A stretch of 64,000 nucleotides of DNA from Pelovirga sp. (GTDB lineage: Bacteria > Desulfobacterota > Desulfuromonadia > Desulfuromonadales > Geopsychrobacteraceae). Both the position numbers and the translations under genes were made by a program. Below, piece after piece: positions 41,744-49,860 of the stretch (within the stretch, counting starts at the first letter, position 1; every line of letters starts with the position of its first letter). The notes under the pieces are model-generated. The model was not told the origin of the DNA, made no database searches, and saw only the letters and a list, made by a program, of their open reading frames with translations. The stretch covers positions 49,878 to 113,877 of the forward strand of contig JAWOFG010000182.1 in the NCBI GenBank assembly GCA_046482365.1. Reading direction: 5' to 3'.

Positions 41744-42295
41744 ATGGCAGAAAGATATGAACTTCGCTTTTCCGGTGCGGGTGGTCAGGGTCTGATCACT
41801 GCCGGAATTATATTGGCTGAAGCCGCTTCGATCATCGAAGGGCGTCATGCCGTACAGTCACAAAGTTATGGCCCGGAAGCCCGAGGTGGTGCTTCCAAGT
41901 CGGAAGTTATTATCGGCGAAGGGCCGATCGACTATCCCAAGGCAACCGTGGTTGATGCTTGTCTGGCGATGACCCAGGAAGCTGCCGATAAATATGCTGT
42001 TGGTATTAAAGATGGTGGCGTTCTGCTGGTCGACAGTGATTTTGTCAAAAATCCGCCACAGGGTAATTACAAGGTTTACAGTCTGCCGATTATGCGGACC
42101 GCTAAGGTCGATGTTGGTCGTGAAATTGTCGCCAACGTTATTGCCCTTGGGGCAATGATTGCCTTGACCGATGTTGTTAAACGTGAGTCAGGCGAGCAGG
42201 CTGTTCTGGCGAAAGTACCGGAGGCCTTCAAGGACCTGAACAAAAAGGCCTACAGCCTTGGTTTTGATAAAATGAAAGAAATTCTGGCTGGTTGA
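41744..42295 (+). CDS. korC: 2-oxoglutarate:ferredoxin oxidoreductase gamma subunit
   Basis: RFSGAGGQGLITAGIILAEA...SYGPEARGG is the gamma-subunit motif. The start was chosen at ATG 41744 after an AAGGAGA RBS. Confidence 0.9.
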   Translation: MAERYELRFSGAGGQGLITAGIILAEAASIIEGRHAVQSQSYGPEARGGASKSEVIIGEGPIDYPKATVVDACLAMTQEAADKYAVGIKDGGVLLVDSDFVKNPPQGNYKVYSLPIMRTAKVDVGREIVANVIALGAMIALTDVVKRESGEQAVLAKVPEAFKDLNKKAYSLGFDKMKEILAG

Positions 42296-42312
42296 TTTGC
42301 TGGATAGTTATA

Positions 42313-42359
42313 AAAAAAGCAAGGCCCGGCGTAATAATACCGGGCCTTGCTTTTTTTTA
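42313..42359 (+). terminator. Intrinsic terminator after korC
   Basis: AAAAAAAGCAAGGCCCGG-loop-CCGGGCCTTGCTTTTTTTT; a strong GC stem with flanking A and T tracts. Confidence 0.85.
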
Positions 42360-42442
42360 TTGATTTGATTTGTTAAAGTCTTTGTAACGAGTATCCTTAC
42401 AGGATGAATTTGCTAAAAACTCTGATAGAAAGGTTGATAAGG

Positions 42443-43123
42443 ATGAAAAAACTGATTATTGCAGTATTGATTATGTTGTTTGTTGCAACTAGCGGTTATG
42501 CAACAACATGGGAAACAGAAGCTCAGAAGGTGGGCTATGCCATCGGCATGAACATTGGTATGAACATGAAAATGCAGGAACTGGATATCGACCCCGAGCA
42601 GGTGTCGGCAGGCCTGGTGGCCGCCTTTAAGGGCGAACCCACCCTGATGGACGAAGATCAGATGGCGCAGACACTGATGGCTTTTCAACAACAGATGCAA
42701 GCACGCGACATGGAAAAGTCGGCTGCTGAAGCAACAGTAAATGCCGTCGCGTCACAAAAATATCTTGAAGAGAACCGCAAAAAGAAGGGTGTTGTGACAA
42801 CGGATAGTGGATTGCAATATCGGGTTTTGTCAGAAGGCAAGGGGGCCTCACCCACGGCTGATTCGACGGTTGATGTTCACTATCGCGGTACCCTGGTAGA
42901 TGGAACCGAGTTCGACAGTTCTTACTCACGGGGTGAGCCCGCCACCTTCCCGGTTGCTAATGTGATCCCCGGCTGGACCGAAGCTCTCCAGCTGATGAAG
43001 GAAGGGGCGAAGTGGGAAATCGTCATACCTGCTGAACTGGCCTATGCCGATCAGGGTGCCCCACCCGTCATCCCACCAGGTTCTGCTCTTATCTTTGAGG
43101 TTGAACTGTTGAAGGTTCATTAG
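42443..43123 (+). CDS. FKBP-type peptidyl-prolyl cis-trans isomerase (FkpA/Mip-like, secreted)
   Basis: Has a signal peptide from MKKLIIAVLIML, a Mip-type N-terminal dimerisation helix and a C-terminal FKBP domain (VHYRGTLVDGTEFDSS...IPGW...GSALIFEVELL). Confidence 0.9.
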   Translation: MKKLIIAVLIMLFVATSGYATTWETEAQKVGYAIGMNIGMNMKMQELDIDPEQVSAGLVAAFKGEPTLMDEDQMAQTLMAFQQQMQARDMEKSAAEATVNAVASQKYLEENRKKKGVVTTDSGLQYRVLSEGKGASPTADSTVDVHYRGTLVDGTEFDSSYSRGEPATFPVANVIPGWTEALQLMKEGAKWEIVIPAELAYADQGAPPVIPPGSALIFEVELLKVH

Positions 43124-43396
43124 TCCACCTCCGACTCATTCTCCTCGGGCAATAAGCGCCCGATGAGAATGAGTGCAGCGCCAAGTAACAGTAATGTTTC
43201 AAACATGATAATGACCTCTCTGGTAGTACAGATCCAAAGCTTTACCTTGTGGATATCAAGATAACTTCTCAGTGTGTCACAATATTTCACACCGATGGTG
43301 TAGCTGGCCTCGCACTATTAAATTAAATACAAGAAGCTATTACCCTTGATTGTTTTTGTTGAAACAGGAACTGCACGTTGACTTCAATTTAAAAAA

Positions 43397-43413
43397 TCGT
43401 ATACAGTATGCAA
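43397..43413. promoter_or_regulatory. Palindrome TCGTATAC-A-GTATGCAA (15/17 identical to the icd site) overlapping the -10 of a TTGACT promoter upstream of acnB
   Basis: TTGACT lies at 43378-43383 and TATACA at 43400-43405, a 16-nt spacer. The palindrome covers the -10 element. Confidence 0.5.
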
Positions 43414-43509
43414 TTGCTGAACACTAAAACCCTTGTTTAACCTTGATTTTTAGAGTGAAAAATCAGGATCAAAAAACCAATTTTCCAACCTGATAACTGG
43501 AGGAGAGAG

Positions 43510-46044
43510 ATGATTAACGCTTATCTGAAGCACGAAGAGGAAAGAAAGGCCCAGGGGATTCCTGCGCTACCATTAAGCCCGGAACAGACGACAGATCTTT
43601 GTGATCTGCTGCAGAATCCTCCAGCGGGGAAGGAAGAATTCTTAATGTACCTGCTGACTGAGCGGATTTCGCCAGGGGTGGATGCAGCCGCCGAAGTCAA
43701 AGCGGCATTTTTGGCAGATGTGATTACTGGTGCTAAAACATCACCATTGATTGATCGGGTTAAAGCTGTCCGGATTCTTGGAACCATGATTGGTGGTTAT
43801 AATGTCGATCCGCTGATCAACGCCTTAACAGATAAAGAGCTTGCTGATGAGGCCGCTAAGGCATTGTCCGCAATGACCTATGTATATGATGCCGCCGAGC
43901 AGGTCATCGAGCTGGCTAAAACCAATGCGGCAGCAAAGCAGGTTGTGCAAAGCTGGGCTGATGCCCAATGGTTTACCCGCAAGCCGGCTATGCCTGAAGA
44001 AATCAAAGTCAAGGTGTTCAAGGTAGAAGGGGAAATCAATACTGATGATTTTTCACCTGCCGGCGATGCCTGGAGTCGTCCGGATATTCCCCTGCACGCC
44101 CTGGCGATGGGAAAAACCCGTTTTCCCGGGGGCATTCAGGAAATTGCCAAGTGGCGAGCTGAAGGCCATCAGGTAGCTTTTGTTGGTGACGTAGTCGGTA
44201 CCGGTTCCTCGCGCAAATCAGCCTGTAACAGTGTTTTGTGGTGGATTGGTGATGACATTCCTGCCGTACCCAACAAACGTCGTGGCGGTGTGATTATTGG
44301 TGAAGTTATTGCTCCGATCTTTTTCAATACCGCCCAGGACTCCGGTGCCCTGCCGTTACGCATGGACGTCAGTAACCTGAATATGGGTGATGTTGTCACC
44401 ATCAATACTGCCAAAGGTGAGGTCACTAACGCTGCTGGTGAGGTGATCACCACCTTTGAGATCAAGCCTTCTACGGTTCCTGATGAATATCGAGCTGGTG
44501 GCCGGGTGCCATTAATCATCGGCCGTGCCCTTACCGGGGTTGCGCGCAATGCGCTGGGACTGGGAGCTTCAGATCTGTTCGCCCAAGTTCAGAATCCAGA
44601 AGCTAAACCGGGTCAGGGTTTTACCCAGGCACAGAAGATGGTTGGTCGTGCCTGTGGTGTTGCCGGGGTGTTGCCGGGTAGTTCCTGTGAACCAAAAATG
44701 ACGACGGTTGGCTCCCAGGACACGACTGGGCCAATGACCGCTGACGAGTGGAAGGAGCTTGCTTGTCTGCGTTTCCAGTCACCTATGGTGATGCAGTCAT
44801 TCTGTCATACTGCTGCCTATCCCAAGCCGGCAGATATTAAAATGCACAAAACCCTGCCGAAATTTATCGCCGAGCGTGGCGGTGTTCCCTTGCGTCCTGG
44901 TGATGGCGTTATCCATAGTTGGCTTAACCGCCTGTTGGTTCCCGACACGGTCGGTACCGGCGGTGACTCACATACCCGCTTCCCGATCGGTATCAGTTTT
45001 CCTGCCGGATCCGGTCTGATTGCTTTTGCCGGTGCCCTTGGCTTTATGCCTCTGGATATGCCGGAGTCGGTGCTGGTACGCTTCAAGGGTAAATTAAATG
45101 AGGGCATTACCTTGCGTGATGCCGTCAATGCGATTCCCTACTGGGCGATTAAGAAAGGACTGTTGACCGTTCCCAAGAAGAACAAAGTGAATATTTTTAA
45201 CGGTCGTATCCTTGAAATGGAAGGACTTCCTGATCTCTCCGTCGAGCAGGCATTTGAACTGACCGATGCCGCTGCTGAGCGCTCTGCGGCTGCCGGTTGT
45301 ATCCAATTGTCGGAAGAGAGCGTCTGTGCTTACCTGCGTTCAAATATCGCACTGATGGAGCAGATGATCAAGGACGGCTATCAAGATGCAGAGACACTGC
45401 GCAACCGAATTGATACGGTCAAGGATTGGCTCAAGGACCCCAAATTGATTCGTGCCGACTCCAATGCTGAGTATGCCGCTGTTATTGAGATCGATCTGGC
45501 CGAGATTACCGAGCCGATTCTCGCCTGTCCGAATGATCCTGATGATGTGAAGCTGCTTTCAGAAGTCCAGGGAACCTCAATCCAGGACGTTTTTATTGGT
45601 TCCTGCATGACCAATATCGGTCACTTCCGCGCTGCCGCTGAAATCTGGCGTGGTGAGAAGTTCAACCCCGACGTACGTACCTGGGTATGCCCGCCAACCC
45701 GTATGGATCAGGAAAAACTCAAAGAGGAAGCGGTTTTTTCCATCTTCAGCGCCAAAGGTGCGCGGCTCGAAATTGCCGGTTGTTCGTTGTGTATGGGGAA
45801 CCAGGCACGAGTGCCCGACAAGGTCAATATGTACTCGACCAGTACCCGGAACTTCGATGATCGCATTGGTGATGGTGCTCAGGTTTATCTGGGCTCGGCG
45901 GAACTGGGTGCCGTGGTTGCCAATGTCGGCAAGTTGCCGACTCCAGCTGAGTACCTTGCGGTTTATAAGGAGCGTATAGCTCCTAAAGAAGCACAAATTT
46001 ACCAGTATCTGCAGTTTGATGAGATGGAAGGTTACGGAGCCTGA
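43510..46044 (+). CDS. acnB: Aconitate hydratase B (bifunctional aconitase 2 / 2-methylisocitrate dehydratase type)
   Basis: An 844-aa protein whose N-terminus YLKHEEERKAQGIPALPLSPEQTTDLCDLLQNPPAGKEEFLMYLLTERISPGVD is collinear with AcnB. Cluster-ligand cysteines are in the C-terminal half. Confidence 0.95.
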   Translation: MINAYLKHEEERKAQGIPALPLSPEQTTDLCDLLQNPPAGKEEFLMYLLTERISPGVDAAAEVKAAFLADVITGAKTSPLIDRVKAVRILGTMIGGYNVDPLINALTDKELADEAAKALSAMTYVYDAAEQVIELAKTNAAAKQVVQSWADAQWFTRKPAMPEEIKVKVFKVEGEINTDDFSPAGDAWSRPDIPLHALAMGKTRFPGGIQEIAKWRAEGHQVAFVGDVVGTGSSRKSACNSVLWWIGDDIPAVPNKRRGGVIIGEVIAPIFFNTAQDSGALPLRMDVSNLNMGDVVTINTAKGEVTNAAGEVITTFEIKPSTVPDEYRAGGRVPLIIGRALTGVARNALGLGASDLFAQVQNPEAKPGQGFTQAQKMVGRACGVAGVLPGSSCEPKMTTVGSQDTTGPMTADEWKELACLRFQSPMVMQSFCHTAAYPKPADIKMHKTLPKFIAERGGVPLRPGDGVIHSWLNRLLVPDTVGTGGDSHTRFPIGISFPAGSGLIAFAGALGFMPLDMPESVLVRFKGKLNEGITLRDAVNAIPYWAIKKGLLTVPKKNKVNIFNGRILEMEGLPDLSVEQAFELTDAAAERSAAAGCIQLSEESVCAYLRSNIALMEQMIKDGYQDAETLRNRIDTVKDWLKDPKLIRADSNAEYAAVIEIDLAEITEPILACPNDPDDVKLLSEVQGTSIQDVFIGSCMTNIGHFRAAAEIWRGEKFNPDVRTWVCPPTRMDQEKLKEEAVFSIFSAKGARLEIAGCSLCMGNQARVPDKVNMYSTSTRNFDDRIGDGAQVYLGSAELGAVVANVGKLPTPAEYLAVYKERIAPKEAQIYQYLQFDEMEGYGA

Positions 46045-46071
46045 TCCCCTGACCTGACAAGGCATGTTAAT

Positions 46072-46104
46072 AAAAAGGCCACCCTATTCAAGGGTGGCCT
46101 TTTT
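46072..46104. terminator. Bidirectional intrinsic terminator between acnB and the dedA-like gene
   Basis: AAAAAGGCCACCCT-ATTCA-AGGGTGGCCTTTTT. Confidence 0.85.
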
Positions 46105-46118
46105 GTCGACTGCGGTAC

Positions 46119-46730
46119 TTACTTGAACAGTTTTTTCACCTGGTAATGTACCAGGACGATCAGCAGCATCAAAAAGACGGCCAGTCCGAAACGGGCACCC
46201 ATGGTCTGTGCCTGCCGCAGACTGCTGCCGCCGATATAGCCAAGACCCGGATAACAGATACCCCAGAGGATCGAACTGATCAGGATATAGCTGATCGCTG
46301 ATCGCCCGGACATGTGTGAAAGACCCGCGATAAATGGAACAATCCCGCGGATGGGACCCAGAAACCGTGCAAAAAACAAGCTTTTGCCACCATGAGTGAG
46401 GAAGAATTTCTGGGCATAGCGGACCATCAGTCGCCGGCGGCGAAAAAAACGCATGCGCAAAAAGATGTCACCATAGCGTTTTCCCAACCACAGGCTGAGC
46501 AGATCACCGAACAGGGCCCCAAGACCTGCAAGCAGGATCAGGGTTGCCAGATTACCTTTGCCGGCAACAACAAGAAAACCAGCCAGAACGATGATAGTGC
46601 TGCCGGGGACGAGCAAACCGGCAACCGGTAGTGATTCTGCGAAGGCGACGAAAAAGATCAGAAAATGGTATTTGCTGCCGGCAGGAACAAACATCAGGAT
46701 TTGCTGGATCCAGGCTTCCATCAGCGCCAA
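46119..46730 (-). CDS. DedA-family membrane protein
   Basis: A 203-aa multi-TM protein with the SNARE-associated/DedA pattern (FAESLPVAGLLVPG..., FFARFLGPIRGIVPFIAG). Confidence 0.85.
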   Translation of the reverse strand: MALMEAWIQQILMFVPAGSKYHFLIFFVAFAESLPVAGLLVPGSTIIVLAGFLVVAGKGNLATLILLAGLGALFGDLLSLWLGKRYGDIFLRMRFFRRRRLMVRYAQKFFLTHGGKSLFFARFLGPIRGIVPFIAGLSHMSGRSAISYILISSILWGICYPGLGYIGGSSLRQAQTMGARFGLAVFLMLLIVLVHYQVKKLFK

Positions 46731-47299
46731 TCTTCCGGTTCAAAATCGGCCAGCCAACGATCAAAAATAATCACCTTATCACGACCGAAACCCTTGAGTT
46801 TTTTACGTACCTTGTCAATGCTTTTGACTGAGTTCAATTCATCCGGATTTTTGGAGTAAAACAGGTCAGCATAGCAGATGATCTTCTCTTCCAGGGTTTC
46901 CGGGAGCAGATCGCGCCGGGGTAAGGGTAAATCAGCCTGTTCAATTTCAACCGCCGTCAGTCCCACCCCGGTGTGACGCTCGCAAACCCGTGCATGGGCA
47001 GGTAGCCCTAACTCTGCGAGTAACCGGGCGCCGATGATACCGTGTTGCAGGTATGGAGCCTCGCCGTGACAGCCGATGTCGGGGGCGTCAGTGAAGATCA
47101 TGCCGATGTCGTGCAGCATGGCCGCTTCGGCAATAAACTGCAGATCGGGGTTCTGCCCTCGCTGGCAGAGCGATCGGGCGATATTCAGTGCCCGGCGGGT
47201 CACCTGGCGGCTGTGGTCAAGCAGAATTGCACGCGCCAGCGGGTGGGGCAGGTAATAACGATCAATCAGGTCGGCCGGTTTTAATCTGGTTGCTGTCAC
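46721..47299 (-). CDS. HD-domain phosphohydrolase
   Basis: The HD motif AAMLHDIG and downstream His residues; 192 aa. It overlaps the dedA-like start by 10 nt. Confidence 0.8.
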   Translation of the reverse strand: MTATRLKPADLIDRYYLPHPLARAILLDHSRQVTRRALNIARSLCQRGQNPDLQFIAEAAMLHDIGMIFTDAPDIGCHGEAPYLQHGIIGARLLAELGLPAHARVCERHTGVGLTAVEIEQADLPLPRRDLLPETLEEKIICYADLFYSKNPDELNSVKSIDKVRKKLKGFGRDKVIIFDRWLADFEPEDWR

Positions 47300-47308
47300 C
47301 GGCAGAAC

Positions 47309-47503
47309 TTATTCATCTTCCCAGGTGATACAGGCAACCGGACAGTTGTCCATCGCTTCCTCAACCTTTTCAATACTATCGCCGTTTGGATCAAGAATGC
47401 CGGCTTTATGTTCCGAGACCATATGAAAAACCCTGGGACAGATCCGGGTGCAGGTTTCACAACCGATACAGACGTCCTGATCGAGATAAAGAACTTTTGT
47501 CAT
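47309..47503 (-). CDS. Small single-cluster ferredoxin
   Basis: A 64-aa protein with CIGCETCTRICP ... CP, the Desulfovibrio-type [4Fe-4S]/[3Fe-4S] ferredoxin layout. Confidence 0.85.
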   Translation of the reverse strand: MTKVLYLDQDVCIGCETCTRICPRVFHMVSEHKAGILDPNGDSIEKVEEAMDNCPVACITWEDE

Positions 47504-47615
47504 AAGGATATCCTTTGATGATAGGTATTGAAGAAAGTTTCGAACTTGTCAGTCTGGTCTATTATTACCTGTTCGGGAGTACTTTGACAAACAAGATTCA
47601 TTTTCCCGATAAAAT

Positions 47616-49166
47616 ATGGTAGTGAACAGGAACTGTCATCACCGCTGCGGGGTTGTGTCGTTGAAAAAAAATGTCGGTTTAAGGACGGAAATCCTGGTAA
47701 CTCTGACGTTTCTTCTGGTTGCAGCCCTGCTCTTGGGTGGCATGCTGATGTTGCGTCTGACCGAGCAACGTTTGCTGGCGGAACGCTTGCGCCACCTGGA
47801 TGAAACCGCCCGTTTTGTCGCGCTCGCCTTGTCGGAACAGCAAACCTCAGCAGAGTCCTCTCACCCCGGGCAGTCACGCCACCGTTTGCTGGATATGCTG
47901 AGTGAGAACGCTAATTGCAGCGGCTGGTGGCTGTTTGATCAGGACCTTAATGCGCTGGAGTCCTTCACTAGTGCTGAACAGCAACCATTTAGTCTCACCC
48001 GTCGTCAACAGGTCAAACTCACCGGCAATATGGAGTTGCGGGTCAATTTTCCTGCTCTGCTTAATCTGTTCGGTTCAACCAGTGCCGGGGTTCAACTGGC
48101 GCTTCCCCTTTATACCGATCAGCGCTTTGCCGGCGTGCTGGAAATGCACTTCAGCCTAGAGGATATCCGTCTGCAGTTGCTGGATGCTCTTAAGGTACTG
48201 CTGATCTATGTGGCACTCTACGGCCTGGTTCTGATCGCTGCCGGTTATTATCTGCTCCAGCGTAATATTATCAAGCCGGCTAAGCTGTTATTGCGGGCGA
48301 CGCAGGATGTCGGCCGTGGCAATTTGAACACCCGCCTGCCGATTGCCGGACCGACGGAATTAGCTCAACTTGCCACCGCCTATAATGACATGGTGATGGC
48401 CCTGGATAAAAGCCAGGCGCAAACGGCTATTCACATTGAAGAACTGAAAAAGACCAATCGGCAATTACAGCAGGCCCGAGATGAGCTGATTCGCAGTGAA
48501 AAAATGGCATCAGTGGGTCAACTTGCTGCGGGCCTGGCGCATGAGCTTGGGAATCCCCTGGCGGCGCTGATCGGCTATCTTGAGTTACTCAAAACCCGCT
48601 TGAGTGCAGCCGATAAGGACGTTGCGCAGCGCTGTCTGGCGGAAACCCAGCGGATTGATTATCTGGTGCGTGAGCTCCTCAACTTTGCGCGACCGGCGGA
48701 TAAAAACAGCATTGACGAAGTCGACTGTATCGCTGAATTGCGAGCCTGTCGAGATCTGCTTGCGCGCCAGGGCACATTCAGGGAGGTGCGGGTTGCTGAT
48801 CAGCTGGCTGAGACTTCTGCCGGGGTGCTGATAAATCGACAAAAACTTCATCAGGTTTATATCAATTTGTTGATCAATGCAGTTCAGGCCTGTGAAAAAA
48901 GAGGGTCAATTGAGCTGACCGCCGGGTGCGGTCAGGATCACGTCTGGTTGCAGATCAAAGATGATGGCTGCGGTATCGCGGCAGGTAATTTGCCCCGGAT
49001 TTTTGATCCTTTTTATACCACCAAGGCGCCGGGAGAAGGAACTGGTCTGGGATTGACGATCTGTCACCGGATCATTGATGAGGCCGGGGGTCATTTACAA
49101 GTTGAGTCATGTCCTGGGCAGGGTAGTGCTTTTAGGTTGGTTTTGCCGTTGGCGGTTGATAGGTAG
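47616..49166 (+). CDS. Sensor histidine kinase (TM - sensor - HAMP - HisKA - HATPase_c)
   Basis: H-box LAAGLAHELGNPL, N-box LINAVQA, and G-boxes DDGCGI and GTGLGL. The start is uncertain; TTG 47661 is an alternative. Confidence 0.9.
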   Translation: MVVNRNCHHRCGVVSLKKNVGLRTEILVTLTFLLVAALLLGGMLMLRLTEQRLLAERLRHLDETARFVALALSEQQTSAESSHPGQSRHRLLDMLSENANCSGWWLFDQDLNALESFTSAEQQPFSLTRRQQVKLTGNMELRVNFPALLNLFGSTSAGVQLALPLYTDQRFAGVLEMHFSLEDIRLQLLDALKVLLIYVALYGLVLIAAGYYLLQRNIIKPAKLLLRATQDVGRGNLNTRLPIAGPTELAQLATAYNDMVMALDKSQAQTAIHIEELKKTNRQLQQARDELIRSEKMASVGQLAAGLAHELGNPLAALIGYLELLKTRLSAADKDVAQRCLAETQRIDYLVRELLNFARPADKNSIDEVDCIAELRACRDLLARQGTFREVRVADQLAETSAGVLINRQKLHQVYINLLINAVQACEKRGSIELTAGCGQDHVWLQIKDDGCGIAAGNLPRIFDPFYTTKAPGEGTGLGLTICHRIIDEAGGHLQVESCPGQGSAFRLVLPLAVDR

Positions 49167-49203
49167 TGGGTAGTGGGTAGTGGGTAGTGGGTAGTGGGTA
49201 GTG
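49162..49203 (+). repeat. Perfect heptanucleotide tandem repeat (GGTAGTG)x6 overlapping the kinase stop codon
   Basis: Read directly: GGTAGTG repeated six times and followed by GGGGGCC. The TAG stop at 49164-49166 lies in unit 1. Seven GGG runs spaced by 4 nt (the six-unit repeat plus the flanking GGGGG) fit the G3N4 G-quadruplex pattern. Confidence 0.9.
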
Positions 49204-49208
49204 GGGGG

Positions 49209-49248
49209 CCGCTGCGAAGCAAAAGGGTCTTCGCAGCGGTCCTTTTTT
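49209..49248. terminator. Intrinsic terminator shared by the convergent kinase and ppiB genes
   Basis: CCGCTGCGAAG-CAAAAGGGT-CTTCGCAGCGG followed by TCCTTTTTT. Confidence 0.85.
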
Positions 49249-49756
49249 ATTCGACGATGGTGGTTTTCAAGATCAAGACCGTATCTTTGGGAACGTCCTG
49301 ATGGGGGCCGGAATTGCCGGTTGGTGTCTTGGCGATAGCGTCAACAACCTCCATGCCGTCAGTGACCTGAGCAAAAACGGCGTAACCATAAGCGTTGGGA
49401 GTTTTTCCCTGGTGGTCGAGAAAATTGTTGTCGACCAGATTGATGAAAAACTGACTGGTGGCACTGTCTACCACCTGGGTGCGCGCCATGGCAATAGAAC
49501 CTCGGACATTTTTAAGGCCGTTGTCGGCCTCGTTTTTAATCTGCTGGTTGGTTCCTTTTTGTTTCATGTCGGCAGTAAAACCACCCCCTTGAATCATAAA
49601 ATTGGGGATAACCCGATGGAAAATTGTCTCATCATAAAATCCGTTGCGTGCATAATTGAGAAAGTTCTCGGTAGAGATAGGGGCTTTTTCCTGATTCAGG
49701 GCAATGGTGATTGACCCTTTGCTGGTTTCGATAATAACACTTGGTTGCTGGCTCAT
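49247..49756 (-). CDS. ppiB: Peptidyl-prolyl cis-trans isomerase, cyclophilin type
   Basis: [22 protein letters not shown] and FFINL motifs; 169 aa. Confidence 0.95.
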   Translation of the reverse strand: MSQQPSVIIETSKGSITIALNQEKAPISTENFLNYARNGFYDETIFHRVIPNFMIQGGGFTADMKQKGTNQQIKNEADNGLKNVRGSIAMARTQVVDSATSQFFINLVDNNFLDHQGKTPNAYGYAVFAQVTDGMEVVDAIAKTPTGNSGPHQDVPKDTVLILKTTIVE

Positions 49757-49860
49757 TTTTTTCTCCTGTACGTATGGTGGCTTGGTTGGCGCAGATAAAA
49801 CCTGCTCAGGACATAGCTCAGGGTAACATGCTCTGTGTATTGATCAGAGTTTGGCACGAA

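Noticed and set aside
43120-43206. 28-codon minus-strand ORF (MFETLLLLGAALILIGRLLPEENESEVD) convergent with and overlapping the FKBP gene stop
   Set aside because: It is a plausible small membrane peptide with a weak GAGAGG RBS, but there is no supporting context or terminator and I cannot check its conservation. It is left unresolved rather than called.
43441-43467. AU-rich 10-bp hairpin (CCTTGATTTTT / AAAAATCAGG) in the acnB leader, considered as a regulatory RNA element
   Set aside because: The stem is almost all A-U with a bulge, is not followed by a U-tract, and matches no motif I know.
47500-47877. 125-aa minus-strand ORF upstream of the ferredoxin gene, overlapping the kinase 5-prime end
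   Set aside because: It is R/P/S-rich with no RBS and overlaps the N-terminal TM region of the histidine kinase on the other strand. It would also require overlap with the ferredoxin start.
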